NCBI GenBank assembly: GCA_963777955.1
Contig: CAVZSQ010000027.1
Location: forward strand, 22,603 to 86,602
Origin: Calditrichia bacterium
GTDB taxonomy: Bacteria > Calditrichota > Calditrichia > JAJRVZ01
Reading direction: 5' to 3'
DNA: 64,000 bases
Part shown: positions 1 to 9,514 of the stretch, piece by piece
How the letters are laid out: each line of letters starts with the position of its first letter
Position numbering within the stretch: position 1 is the first letter of the stretch
Program-made: the position numbers and the translations under genes
The notes under the pieces: model-generated
What the model was told of the DNA's origin: nothing
What the model saw: the letters and a program-made list of their open reading frames with translations, nothing else
Database searches by the model: none

Positions 1-377
1 CGGGCGCCTTTGTAATCGGTATTATCGCTCTGATTGTAGCCGGTATCGGTATTATGAATATTATGCTGGTTTCGGTTACGGAACGAACCCGGGAAATCGG
101 CATACGAAAATCATTGGGAGCCAGGAATAAAAATATATTAGCACATTTTCTGCTGGAAGCAATAATCTTATGCAATATAGGAGGGGTGATCGGGGTCAGT
201 ATCGGTTTCGGTCTGGGCAATCTGGTGAGTATCTTTACCGGTTTTGCAGTGCATATTCCCTGGAACTGGTCCGTGATTGGTCTCCTGTTTTGTACAGCCG
301 TAGGCCTGATCTTTGGCTTGTGGCCAGCCTACAAAGCCGCGTTGATGAATCCGGTCCAGGCCTTGCGCTATGAGTAG
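1..377 (+). CDS. ABC transporter permease (FtsX/MacB-like), C-terminal fragment. The gene starts upstream of the window.
   Basis: The frame is open from the window edge to the stop at 377. The translation has the FtsX-family C-terminal TM3/TM4 region and the conserved ...VSVTERTREIGIRKSLGA... motif typical of MacB/LolE permeases. Confidence 0.7.
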   Translation, partial: GAFVIGIIALIVAGIGIMNIMLVSVTERTREIGIRKSLGARNKNILAHFLLEAIILCNIGGVIGVSIGFGLGNLVSIFTGFAVHIPWNWSVIGLLFCTAVGLIFGLWPAYKAALMNPVQALRYE

Positions 378-722
378 GAGCGCAATCCTTGAATATAAGG
401 ATTCTGTTTTGGGATCTGTTCCATGAAGTAATTTGAATCTTAAAAAGATTAGAAAATTCTTGCAAATTTAAGTCCAGACTGTTTAGACTTCCCCTAAATT
501 ACGAAATCGTATTTGTAATTTTATACTCGCACGTTTCAGCGAAACTCCATAAGCCAAGCATGAGCCGGGCATGAAGATGCAGTAAATCATTTTGATGCCC
601 TCGATTCTGGTAAACCTCAAGCGAACGGGGCAGGGGTTACGATGAACCGTTTATAAATTTCAATTTGAGTATAAACAGGATGAATCTGTATATTAATTCA
701 TCCCACGGTTTACAGGAGGAAT

Positions 723-1967
723 ATGCACCGTATGAAAGCAGGAATCATGAAGCAATTGGTCGATTCAGCGCAGAAAGAACTTCAGGAAGATATTATTCCC
801 TTCTGGTTGAAATACTCACCGGATGATGTCAATGGGGGATTCTTCGGAAGGATTCGCAATAACCTGCAAATCGAGACTACTGCCGATAAAGGGCTGGTTC
901 TGAATGCCCGGATTTTATGGACCTTCTCGGCGATTCAGTCCGTGAGTCCTGATGTCAAATACCTGGGCATGGCAGACCGGGCTTACCGCTATTTACTGGA
1001 TAAATTCTGGGATAAAAAATATGGCGGTGTACACTGGCTGCTTGATTACAAAGGCGAACCGCTGGACAGCAGCAAAAAATTATATGGCCAGGCCTTTACT
1101 ATATATGCTCTGGCTGAATATTATCACGCCACGCACCAGGCCGAAGCTCTGGATTATGCCAAAAAAATTTATGCTCTCATCGAAGCCCATGATTACGACA
1201 GCATAAACCGGGGCTATTTGCAACCGGCCAACTCCGATTGGAGCCTGATTAAGGATGTTGCCCCGGGTTCGTCGGACATCGATGAAAAAAAATCCATGAA
1301 TTGTCATTTACATCTGATGGAAGCCTATGCCACGCTGTACCGTGTCTGGCCGGATGCTGTACTGAAAAAAAGACTGAAAGAACTCATCGATCTCCATTTA
1401 GAAATAATTGTCAATAAGCAAACTCACCATTTAATTATGTATTTTGACGAATCATGGCAAGCGAAATCCAGGGTCGTCTCTTATGGCCATGATATTGAAG
1501 GCAGCTGGTTACTCTGCGAAGCGGCGGAAATTCTGGGCGAGAAGGCTGTCCGGGAGCGGGCACAGGCCATGGCTGTCAAAATGGTCGAGGCGGTTATCGC
1601 CGAGGGACTCAGTAAAAAGTTTTTTATCTTTCATGAACGGGATGAAAATGGAGTTTTGCATGAACAGACCGACTGGTGGCAGCAGGCAGAATCGGTGGTG
1701 GGCTTGATCAATGCCTGGCAACTGACCAAAAAAGACCGTTATCTGGACCTGGCTTTTAAAATGTGGCATGTCATCGAACAGGTCTTCGTCGACCATAAAA
1801 ACGGAGAATGGTTTTATACCGTCAAAACCGATGGCCAGCCTGATCTGAATCAATTTAAAGTATCAGAGTGGAAATGTCCCTACCATAATGTCAGGGCCTG
1901 TCTGGAAATCATGCGGCGGTTAAGGATAATGATAATTTGTTTAACGTATAAGAACAAATTCATGTAA
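723..1967 (+). CDS. N-acylglucosamine 2-epimerase (AGE) family enzyme, probably cellobiose/mannobiose 2-epimerase.
   Basis: 414 aa with an SD (aggagg) upstream. AGE-family (alpha/alpha)6-barrel motifs are present (GGFFG..., YGQAFTIYALAEYY, EWKCPYHN near the C-terminus). It is adjacent to GH130 and a symporter, as in the B. fragilis mannan locus. Confidence 0.8.
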   Translation: MHRMKAGIMKQLVDSAQKELQEDIIPFWLKYSPDDVNGGFFGRIRNNLQIETTADKGLVLNARILWTFSAIQSVSPDVKYLGMADRAYRYLLDKFWDKKYGGVHWLLDYKGEPLDSSKKLYGQAFTIYALAEYYHATHQAEALDYAKKIYALIEAHDYDSINRGYLQPANSDWSLIKDVAPGSSDIDEKKSMNCHLHLMEAYATLYRVWPDAVLKKRLKELIDLHLEIIVNKQTHHLIMYFDESWQAKSRVVSYGHDIEGSWLLCEAAEILGEKAVRERAQAMAVKMVEAVIAEGLSKKFFIFHERDENGVLHEQTDWWQQAESVVGLINAWQLTKKDRYLDLAFKMWHVIEQVFVDHKNGEWFYTVKTDGQPDLNQFKVSEWKCPYHNVRACLEIMRRLRIMIICLTYKNKFM

Positions 1968-1994
1968 TACATAGGATTGCTAACAGACTGAAAA

Positions 1995-3207
1995 ATGACG
2001 CAAACCAGTTTTAATAAACGTGTCAATGTCATCTGGCAGGAATACAAGAAGTTGCTCAGCAGAAAAAATAAACCCATCAATTATACTAACGGATTATACC
2101 AGCGCTATAAATATCCTGTTCTTACAGCTGCACATGTTCCTCCATCCTGGCGCTATGATCTTGATTACCGCACTAACCGGTTCTTAATGGAACGCCTGGG
2201 TATCAATGCCGTTTTCAACAGCGGGGCTATTAAGTTGGGGAAGAAGTATTATCTGGTGCCGCGGATCGAGGGGACAGACCGAAAATCATTTTTTGCGGTT
2301 GCCGAAAGCGATAACGGCATTGTCCAATTTTAAATTCCGGGATTATCCGCTGACTCTGCCCCAGACCGCAGATCCGGATACCAATGTCTATGACCTGCGG
2401 GTAGTGCAGCATGAAGACGGCTGGATTTATGGCCTGTTTTGTACCGAACGCAAAGATCCCAATGCTCCCCGCGGGGATTTGTCTTCGGCGGTGGCCCAGT
2501 GCGGCCTGGTCCGGACAAAAGATCTGCAGATTTGGGAACGTCTGCCCGACCTGAAAACACAATCTCCCCAGCAGAGAAATGTCGTGTTGCATCCGGAGTT
2601 TATTTCCGGAAAATATGCATTTTATACACGGCCTCAGGATGGATTTATAGAAGCAGGTTCCGGCGGCGGGATCGGCTGGGGACTGTCTGCCAGTATGGAA
2701 AATGCCAGGATTGAGCAGGAAATAATTGTTGATGACCGCGTGTATCATACCATTAAAGAATCAAAAAACGGCCTGGGTCCGGCGCCGATCAAAACGGCCG
2801 AAGGCTGGCTGCAGTTGGCTCACGGGGTCAGGAATACAGCCGCAGGACTACGTTATGTGTTGTATGCTTTCATGACCAGCCTGGCGGAGCCATGGAAAAT
2901 TATTTACTCGCCGGGCGGTTACCTGATGGCACCACAGGATGATGAACGGGTAGGGGATGTCTCCAATGTATTGTTTTCCAACGGCTGGATAGCAGATGAT
3001 GACGGTACCATCTACATCTATTATGCCTCTTCAGACACCCGTTTGCATGTGGCCACCACCAGCATTGAAAAGATGACCGACTATGTAAAAAATACGCCGC
3101 CGGACGGCATGCAATCGGCAGAGTGTGTGCAGCAACGCCGGCAGTTAATTCAACGGAATATGAATATTATACGAGCAAAATCGTATACGAAAAAAATTAA
3201 GCACTGA
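1995..3207 (+). CDS. GH130 4-O-beta-D-mannosyl-D-glucose phosphorylase (MGP), interrupted by a +1 frameshift near 2323-2326.
   Basis: Two ORFs (1995..2333 and 2206..3207) together align end to end with Bacteroides MGP ([11 protein letters not shown]..., AVAESDNGI | [12 protein letters not shown]..., [31 protein letters not shown]). Removing one C from gtCcaa restores N-G-I-V-N-F-K-F. Confidence 0.85.
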
Positions 3208-3364
3208 ATTAGGTGAAGTGTTATATTCCGAAAATTAAACTGATTAATCGTTTATTAAAATAATAGATTCTTCCTCGTCAGAATGACGCTTATGGAAAGA
3301 CTGACATTATCATTTAAATCAAAAAGAAATCTTTGGCGCTGACTATTTACGGAAAGGATTTAAT

Positions 3365-5131
3365 ATGACGACATTGTACACAATCGACTGGATTATCGTT
3401 GCCGGTTACTTCGCGATAATTCTTGGTCTGGGTTGGTGGGTAATGAAAAAACAGCAGGACACCTCTACCGATTATTTTCTGGCCGGACGTCATCTGGGTT
3501 GGATGATCGTGGGTGCTTCTATTTTTGCTTCTAATATCGGTTCCGAACACCTGGTCGGTCTGGCCGGTTCCGGGGCCACTGACGGTGTAGCGATGGCGCA
3601 CTATGAATTACATGCCTGGTGTTTGCTGGTGTTAGGTTGGGTGATGGTGCCATTTTATATCCGTTCCAAGGTATTTACCATGCCGGAATTTCTGGAAAGA
3701 CGTTTTTCTCCCACGGCCCGGACATTCCTTTCGGCAATTTCACTGGTAGCCTATATTCTGACTAAAATCGCAGTCGGGATTTTTGCCGGTGGGATTGTTT
3801 ACAGCGTCCTTCTGCCAGATGTGAATATCCTGGGACTGGACGGTTTCTGGATCGGTTCGATCCTGGTGGTGGTATTAACCGGGTTATATACCATTATGGG
3901 CGGAATGCGGGCAGTTGCTTATACCGAAGCTTTACAAACTTTCATCCTGATTCTGGGTTCTGTATTATTGACTATTTTCGGATTGCATGCTTTGGGGGGC
4001 TGGAGCGTACTGCGTGACATAGCCGGTTCGGAAATGTTTAACCTGTGGAAACCTCTTGTTCCAGCCGGGATTGAAGGGACCTGGGCACCGGTCAAGGAAG
4101 CCGGCAAGATGGCCTGGTATTTCAATGATAATTATCCCTGGCTGGGAATGTTGTTCTGTGCACCGATCATCGGTCTGTGGTACTGGACTACCGATCAATA
4201 TATCGTACAGAGAGTCCTGGGTGCTCCAAATGAAACTGAAGCCAGACGGGGATCTATCGCTGCTTCTTTTCTGAAACTGCTTCCGGTATTTATTTTCATT
4301 ATTCCCGGTATCATCTTCTTTGCCCTGGCTAAAAGCGGAAATGTACCTGCTCTGCAGCAACAACTGTTCGGTCCTGATGGAACTCTGTTGCGTGATAACG
4401 CTCAGAAAGCTTTCCCGCTGCTGGTGGCCACTATTCTGCCGGTCGGAATGCGTGGTCTGGTGGTGGCCGGATTGTTAGCCGCCCTGATGAGTTCACTGGC
4501 CGGTGCTTTCAATGCATCTTCCACGTTGTTTACCATAGATTTTTATGCACGCCTGCGACCCAATGTGAGCCAGCACCAGTTAGTCTGGATGGGCAGGGTG
4601 GCCACGACCGTTATGGTGCTGATTGCCATATTATGGATTCCGATCATCCGGGGTGGCAAAGGTTTGTATGACTATTTACAGGGTGTACAATCTTATCTGG
4701 CACCGCCGATCTTCGTGGTGTTTTTCCTGGGTGTGTTTAATAAACGGATGAATGCCAAGGGTTGCCTGGCTGCACTCATAACCGGTTTTGGTCTGGGTTT
4801 GCTCCGTCTGGCCATTGACACCCCGGTTAAATTAATCGACGGTTTTGCCTACACAGAGGGTTCGTTTTTGTGGGTAATGAATAATTTATATTTCCAATAT
4901 TACAGTGTGGTCATAACTATTGTTTGCATATTGGTAATGATCATTGTGAGTTATGCTACCCAGGCTCCTGATTATGCCAAGATCAGCGGTCTTACCTTCG
5001 GTACTGTTACCGATGAGCATCGCAAAGAAAGCAGGGCCAGCTGGAGCAAAGGGGATGTTATTGCTTCGGTGATTGTGGTGATACTGATTATCTCTATGTT
5101 ATCTTTACTTTACAGGTTAAGAGAAAACTAA
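3365..5131 (+). CDS. Sodium:solute symporter (SSS family, TC 2.A.21) sugar transporter.
   Basis: 588 aa with about 13-14 TM segments. The N-terminus is typical of SSS members (DYFLAGR..., GSEHLVGLAGSGA). It lies between the GH130 gene and araB. Confidence 0.85.
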   Translation: MTTLYTIDWIIVAGYFAIILGLGWWVMKKQQDTSTDYFLAGRHLGWMIVGASIFASNIGSEHLVGLAGSGATDGVAMAHYELHAWCLLVLGWVMVPFYIRSKVFTMPEFLERRFSPTARTFLSAISLVAYILTKIAVGIFAGGIVYSVLLPDVNILGLDGFWIGSILVVVLTGLYTIMGGMRAVAYTEALQTFILILGSVLLTIFGLHALGGWSVLRDIAGSEMFNLWKPLVPAGIEGTWAPVKEAGKMAWYFNDNYPWLGMLFCAPIIGLWYWTTDQYIVQRVLGAPNETEARRGSIAASFLKLLPVFIFIIPGIIFFALAKSGNVPALQQQLFGPDGTLLRDNAQKAFPLLVATILPVGMRGLVVAGLLAALMSSLAGAFNASSTLFTIDFYARLRPNVSQHQLVWMGRVATTVMVLIAILWIPIIRGGKGLYDYLQGVQSYLAPPIFVVFFLGVFNKRMNAKGCLAALITGFGLGLLRLAIDTPVKLIDGFAYTEGSFLWVMNNLYFQYYSVVITIVCILVMIIVSYATQAPDYAKISGLTFGTVTDEHRKESRASWSKGDVIASVIVVILIISMLSLLYRLREN

Positions 5132-5157
5132 ATATAAAGTGACTTGAAGATCAAAGT

Positions 5158-6860
5158 ATGAGCCGTTATACGATAGGATTGGATTTTGGGACAAACTCCT
5201 GCCGGGCGCTGGTCGTAGATATCACCACTGGTGAAGAACTGGCCAGCGCTGTGTACTCCTATCCATCCGGAGACGCCGGGGTGATCATGGACCATTCCGA
5301 TCCAAACCTGGCCCGGCAAAATCCGGCCGACTACCTGCTGGGAATTGAAGAATCGATCAAGACAGCGATTGCCACAGCGAAAAAAAACTATCCTGTTTTT
5401 ACCAAAGACGCGGTTATCGGTATAGGCGTGGATACAACCGGCAGCAGTCCCATGCCGGTTGACGCCGCAGGTGTACCTCTGTGCTTTGCTGAGCGCTTCA
5501 GGAATAATCCGGCGGCCATGGTCTGGTTATGGAAAGATCACACCGGTTTTGACGAAGCACGGCAGATAACCGAAACAGCAGCAGCAATTGCGTCCCCACT
5601 ATCTGGCCAAGATCGGGGGTACTTATTCATCTGAATGGTTCTGGAGTAAAATATGGCATTGCCAGAAAGTCGCTCCGGAGGTATTCAAAGCAGCCCACAG
5701 TTTTGTCGAGATCTGCGACTGGATTCCGGCAGTACTGGTCGGGCAGACCAGACCCGCAGACCTGAGGCGCAGTATTTGTGCTGCCGGACATAAAGCCATG
5801 TTCAATTCACAATGGGGCGGATTGCCGGATGAGACATTTCTGGCAGCCCTTGCCCCGGAACTGGCTTCTTTACGCCGGAATCTTTATACCGAGGCTTTTC
5901 CGGCTGAACAAAAAACCGGTAACTTATCGGCGGAATGGGCTGGAAAACTTGGACTGTCGACAAAGGTCGCCGTGGCCGTCGGCGCATTTGATGCACATAT
6001 GGGAGCAGTTGGTGCCGGTATTCGAACCCGGAACACTGGTGAAAATTATCGGAACCAGTACCTGCGATATCATGGTCTGGCCTAATACCGGAAAATTAAA
6101 TGATATTCCGGGAGTCTGCGGGATTGTGGATGGATCGGTCAGGCAGGGTTTCTTCGGCATCGAAGCCGGGCAATCGGCGGTCGGTGATATATTCTTATGG
6201 TTTGTGAATAATCTTGTTCCTGATAGTTATGGCCGGACGGTTGATGAAAAATTTAAAAAACTGGAAGAGTTGAACTCAAAAATAAAACCGGGCGAAACCG
6301 GTCTGTTAGCCCTGGATTGGAATAATGGCAACCGTACCATCCTGGTCGATGTGCGTTTGTGCGGATTATTAATCGGGCAGACCCTGCACACCAAACCTCA
6401 GGAGATTTACCGTGCTCTGGTTGAATCAACTGCTTTCGGTGCTCTGGCCATTATTGATCGTATTGAAGAATATGGTGTGGCAATCAAGGATATCGTTAAC
6501 TGCGGCGGACTGGCTGCCAAGAATCCTATGCTGCTGCAGATCTATGCCGATATTACCGGCCGGCCGATGAAAATATCGCGCAGCGACCAGACCCCGGCTC
6601 TGGGGGCGGCGCTATTTGCTGCCGTGGCTGCCGGAAAAGATCACGGTGGTTATAGTGATGTGGCAGAAGCTCAGCAGGTTATGACCGGTATCGCCGGCAT
6701 CTGCCAACCGATTTCCCGCCATCATGAGATTTATAAACAACTCTATGCCCTGTACCGGCAACTGCATGACGGATTCGGTACAGCGCAATGGCAGGGCAGT
6801 ATGTATAATGTGATGAAAGATTTACTTGATCTGCGTGACCGGGTGCGGCGGGAGTCATAA
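5158..6860 (+). CDS. araB: L-ribulokinase (FGGY family), interrupted by two +1 frameshifts (about 5590-5600 and about 6020-6030).
   Basis: Three consecutive ORFs (5158..5634, 5588..6085, 5778..6860) are collinear with E. coli AraB. Shared blocks include IGLDFGT..., YLAKIGGTYSSEWFW, GAFDAHMGAVGAGI | EPGTLVKIIGTSTCDI, and QSAVGDIF. Each frame switch can be repaired by removing a single C. Confidence 0.8.
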
Positions 6861-7552
6861 TGCTGGAAAATCTGAAACAACAAGTATTAAAAGCAAACCT
6901 GGCACTGGTTCAATATGGTCTGGTAACACTGACCTGGGGAAATGTGAGCGGTATCGATCGCCAGCAAAAACTGGTGGTGATCAAACCAAGCGGCGTCGAG
7001 TATGATCAATTGCGGGTTAAACAGATGGTCGTGGTTGATCTGGAGGGCAATATTATTGAAGGGGACCTGCGGCCATCTTCCGATACGCCCACGCATCTTG
7101 AACTGTACAAAGTTTTTCCTGAGGTCAACGGGATTGCCCATACCCATAGTGAATACGCCACGGTTTTTGCCCAGGCCGGTGTGGAAATCCCCTGTCTGGG
7201 TACCACCCATGCCGATCATTTTCACGGTACCATTCCGCTGACCCGCACCATGACGGAACAGGAAGTAACTGGTGAGTATGAGAAAAATACCGGTAAAGTT
7301 ATCATCGAAAGGATGGGGCAACTCGATCCGTTGAAAATGCCGGGAATCCTGGTCGCGGGTCATGGGCCATTTACCTGGGGGAGTGATGCGCTGGCTGCGG
7401 TACGGCACAGTCTGATCCTGGAGCGCGTAGCTGCCTTAACCTATAAAACCTATATGTTGAATCCTGATGCGGATAATTTGCCCGCCTATTTGCTGAACAA
7501 GCACTTCTCACGAAAATCCGGCCCTGCTGCTTATTATGGACAAGAGGATTGA
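6860..7552 (+). CDS. araD: L-ribulose-5-phosphate 4-epimerase.
   Basis: 230 aa in the class II aldolase/AraD family (TWGNVSG, HTHSEYATVF, metal-binding His). Its start overlaps the araB stop (ATAATG). Confidence 0.85.
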   Translation: MLENLKQQVLKANLALVQYGLVTLTWGNVSGIDRQQKLVVIKPSGVEYDQLRVKQMVVVDLEGNIIEGDLRPSSDTPTHLELYKVFPEVNGIAHTHSEYATVFAQAGVEIPCLGTTHADHFHGTIPLTRTMTEQEVTGEYEKNTGKVIIERMGQLDPLKMPGILVAGHGPFTWGSDALAAVRHSLILERVAALTYKTYMLNPDADNLPAYLLNKHFSRKSGPAAYYGQED

Positions 7553-8135
7553 TCGCCTGGTGATCGCCGAGCATATTAAAGGATTGATTTTTGATTGTGA
7601 CGGAACACTGGTCGATTCAATGCCCTTGCATATGCAGGCCTGGCAGGCAGCATTTGACAGATGCCAGGCTGTATACGATGCTGATTTTTTAGGTTCATTA
7701 TGCGGTATGCGGGAAACTGATGTGATTGATCAGTATAACCTGACTTACGGCACGAAACTGGACAGCAACTTAATGGTTCGCTATAAGCATGAATTCTTTC
7801 GCCGGCATATTGCGGATATCAGACCCGTAGAACCTGTAGTTAAAATTGTCAGAGAGTTTTACGGTAAGAAACCGCTGGCGGTGGTTTCCGGAAGCGTCCG
7901 CAATCATGTTCATGCCCAGCTTAAAGTTATCGGCCTTTTTGAGTTATTCGATTTTATCCTGACCGCTGATGATCCCTTTAAGCCCAAACCTGCTCCCGAC
8001 CTGTTCATTGAAGCAGCCCGGCGGATGAAACTTGCACCTGCAGCATGTCTGGTTTTTGAAGATGGTGAAGCCGGATTCACGGCCGCACGAAATGCCGGAA
8101 TGCAATTTGTGGATATAAAGGATCTAATCGAATAA
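7536..8135 (+). CDS. HAD-superfamily hydrolase (subfamily IA, sugar-phosphatase/beta-phosphoglucomutase-like).
   Basis: HAD motif I DxDGTLVDS (LIFDCDGTLVDS) and the C-terminal DG/E motif region are present. It overlaps the 3' end of araD. Confidence 0.7.
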   Translation: MDKRIDRLVIAEHIKGLIFDCDGTLVDSMPLHMQAWQAAFDRCQAVYDADFLGSLCGMRETDVIDQYNLTYGTKLDSNLMVRYKHEFFRRHIADIRPVEPVVKIVREFYGKKPLAVVSGSVRNHVHAQLKVIGLFELFDFILTADDPFKPKPAPDLFIEAARRMKLAPAACLVFEDGEAGFTAARNAGMQFVDIKDLIE

Positions 8136-8139
8136 GATT

Positions 8140-9318
8140 CTATTTGATCAGGAACAGTTTTTCCTGTCTGGGAGATAAAAACTCACACCCCTGTTGGGTT
8201 ACCACCACAATTTCTTCGATGGTAGCAATCCCGTAACCGGGAATAGTCAGACGAGGTTCCAGAGTATAAACCTGATTTTGCTCGACGGCCAGATCCGGCA
8301 GTGTTCCATATCGTTCCCATTTAGGAGCTAATAATCCACCGCCATCGTGGGCGAACCGGCCGATCTGATGGCCGAGAGCATGGGGATATTCTTCATACCC
8401 ATTTTTAGTTATGAATGTACGGGCCACCTGATCGATCTCATAACCGCTGACACCGGGTTTGAGAGCAGCCGCTGCTTTGGTAATACTATCGACAATAGTC
8501 TGAAAGCCCTGGCGCACTTCAACGGGCGCTTCTTTTTCACCCCGCCGCAGGATATACCAGGTACGCTGCAGATCGGAACAATACCCGTCTGCCTTGACCC
8601 CGAAGTCGATGTTTAAAACATGCCCCGCCTGAACCAGGCGTGCGGTAGGTCCGGCATGGGCCCCGGCTGTATCCGGTCCGCTGAAAACCGCCGGGCAGTG
8701 TTCGGCTTCCCAGGCTAACTGCAGATCCGATTCATAAGTACGGCGGGTAAGGAAGTCGCCTATTTCCTTTTCACTCCGTCCGGTACGGATAAATTTACCC
8801 GCTTCTTCAAAAAGTTGAATGGTGATATTTATTGCTTTCTTGATCCGTTCGATTTCGCCGGCTGATTTTCTTCCGCGCAGTTTATTAATAATATTTTCTG
8901 ATGATTTCAGCCTGGCAGCATAGGGAGTGCCTTGCAGATATTGCAGCAATTGCAGGTACATACCATGGGTCAGACCATCAGCGGCAGGGGAATTCAGGGA
9001 AAAATTTATAGCGATTGCTTGGGGATTGATCTGTTTCAATGTGTTCAACAAGTCCTGCTCGATTGATTTTACATAACCGGTGATCTGCCGGTAATTGCCG
9101 TGTGTTTCCTGATTGGCCTTGTCCAGACTGCCGACGATGGCGCAGGTATCTCCGGCTGCTGTGATTATAAATGCCGAATGCCAGGTTACTCCGCTGCCGA
9201 CAGTCAGATCCATAATTGAATCGGGGGTAGTGCTGCTCTCGCGTACGAAGGTCAGCCAGCAATCTATTTTTTCTTCTTTTAATATCTCTATGGCCTGGGC
9301 AATCTTTTCACGGATCAT
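8140..9318 (-). CDS. M24 family Xaa-Pro aminopeptidase/dipeptidase (creatinase-like N-domain plus pita-bread domain).
   Basis: 392 aa. Conserved M24 metal-ligand blocks are present (DFGVKADGYCSDLQRT, HALGHQIGRFAHD, YTLEPRL, EEIVVVT). Confidence 0.75.
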   Translation of the reverse strand: MIREKIAQAIEILKEEKIDCWLTFVRESSTTPDSIMDLTVGSGVTWHSAFIITAAGDTCAIVGSLDKANQETHGNYRQITGYVKSIEQDLLNTLKQINPQAIAINFSLNSPAADGLTHGMYLQLLQYLQGTPYAARLKSSENIINKLRGRKSAGEIERIKKAINITIQLFEEAGKFIRTGRSEKEIGDFLTRRTYESDLQLAWEAEHCPAVFSGPDTAGAHAGPTARLVQAGHVLNIDFGVKADGYCSDLQRTWYILRRGEKEAPVEVRQGFQTIVDSITKAAAALKPGVSGYEIDQVARTFITKNGYEEYPHALGHQIGRFAHDGGGLLAPKWERYGTLPDLAVEQNQVYTLEPRLTIPGYGIATIEEIVVVTQQGCEFLSPRQEKLFLIK

Positions 9319-9514
9319 ATATTTTCTCCCTGCAGGTTTAGCTGAATTTAACAGGCGATTATTTCAGAATCAAACCTTATCCGTTTCAGCCGGATTGGCA
9401 GCACCTGAACAATCTTTTATTGATTTTCAATTTAAATAATGGTAATATTTCAGCAGACGATTAGGCTTTTAGTATCATTATTATTTGACTTCAACATATC
9501 AGAAGGAGGTTATC

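Noticed and set aside
2230-2748. 172-aa minus-strand ORF inside the GH130 gene (also 2330..2560 minus and 2439..2714 plus)
   Set aside because: It lies antisense to, or out of frame with, a strongly supported conserved CDS. No RBS or domain signal.
3965-4363. 132-aa antisense ORF within the SSS symporter gene
   Set aside because: It overlaps a well-supported transporter CDS on the opposite strand. The composition is not protein-like.
6887-7408. 173-aa antisense ORF within araD
   Set aside because: It overlaps the conserved araD CDS. No homology cues.
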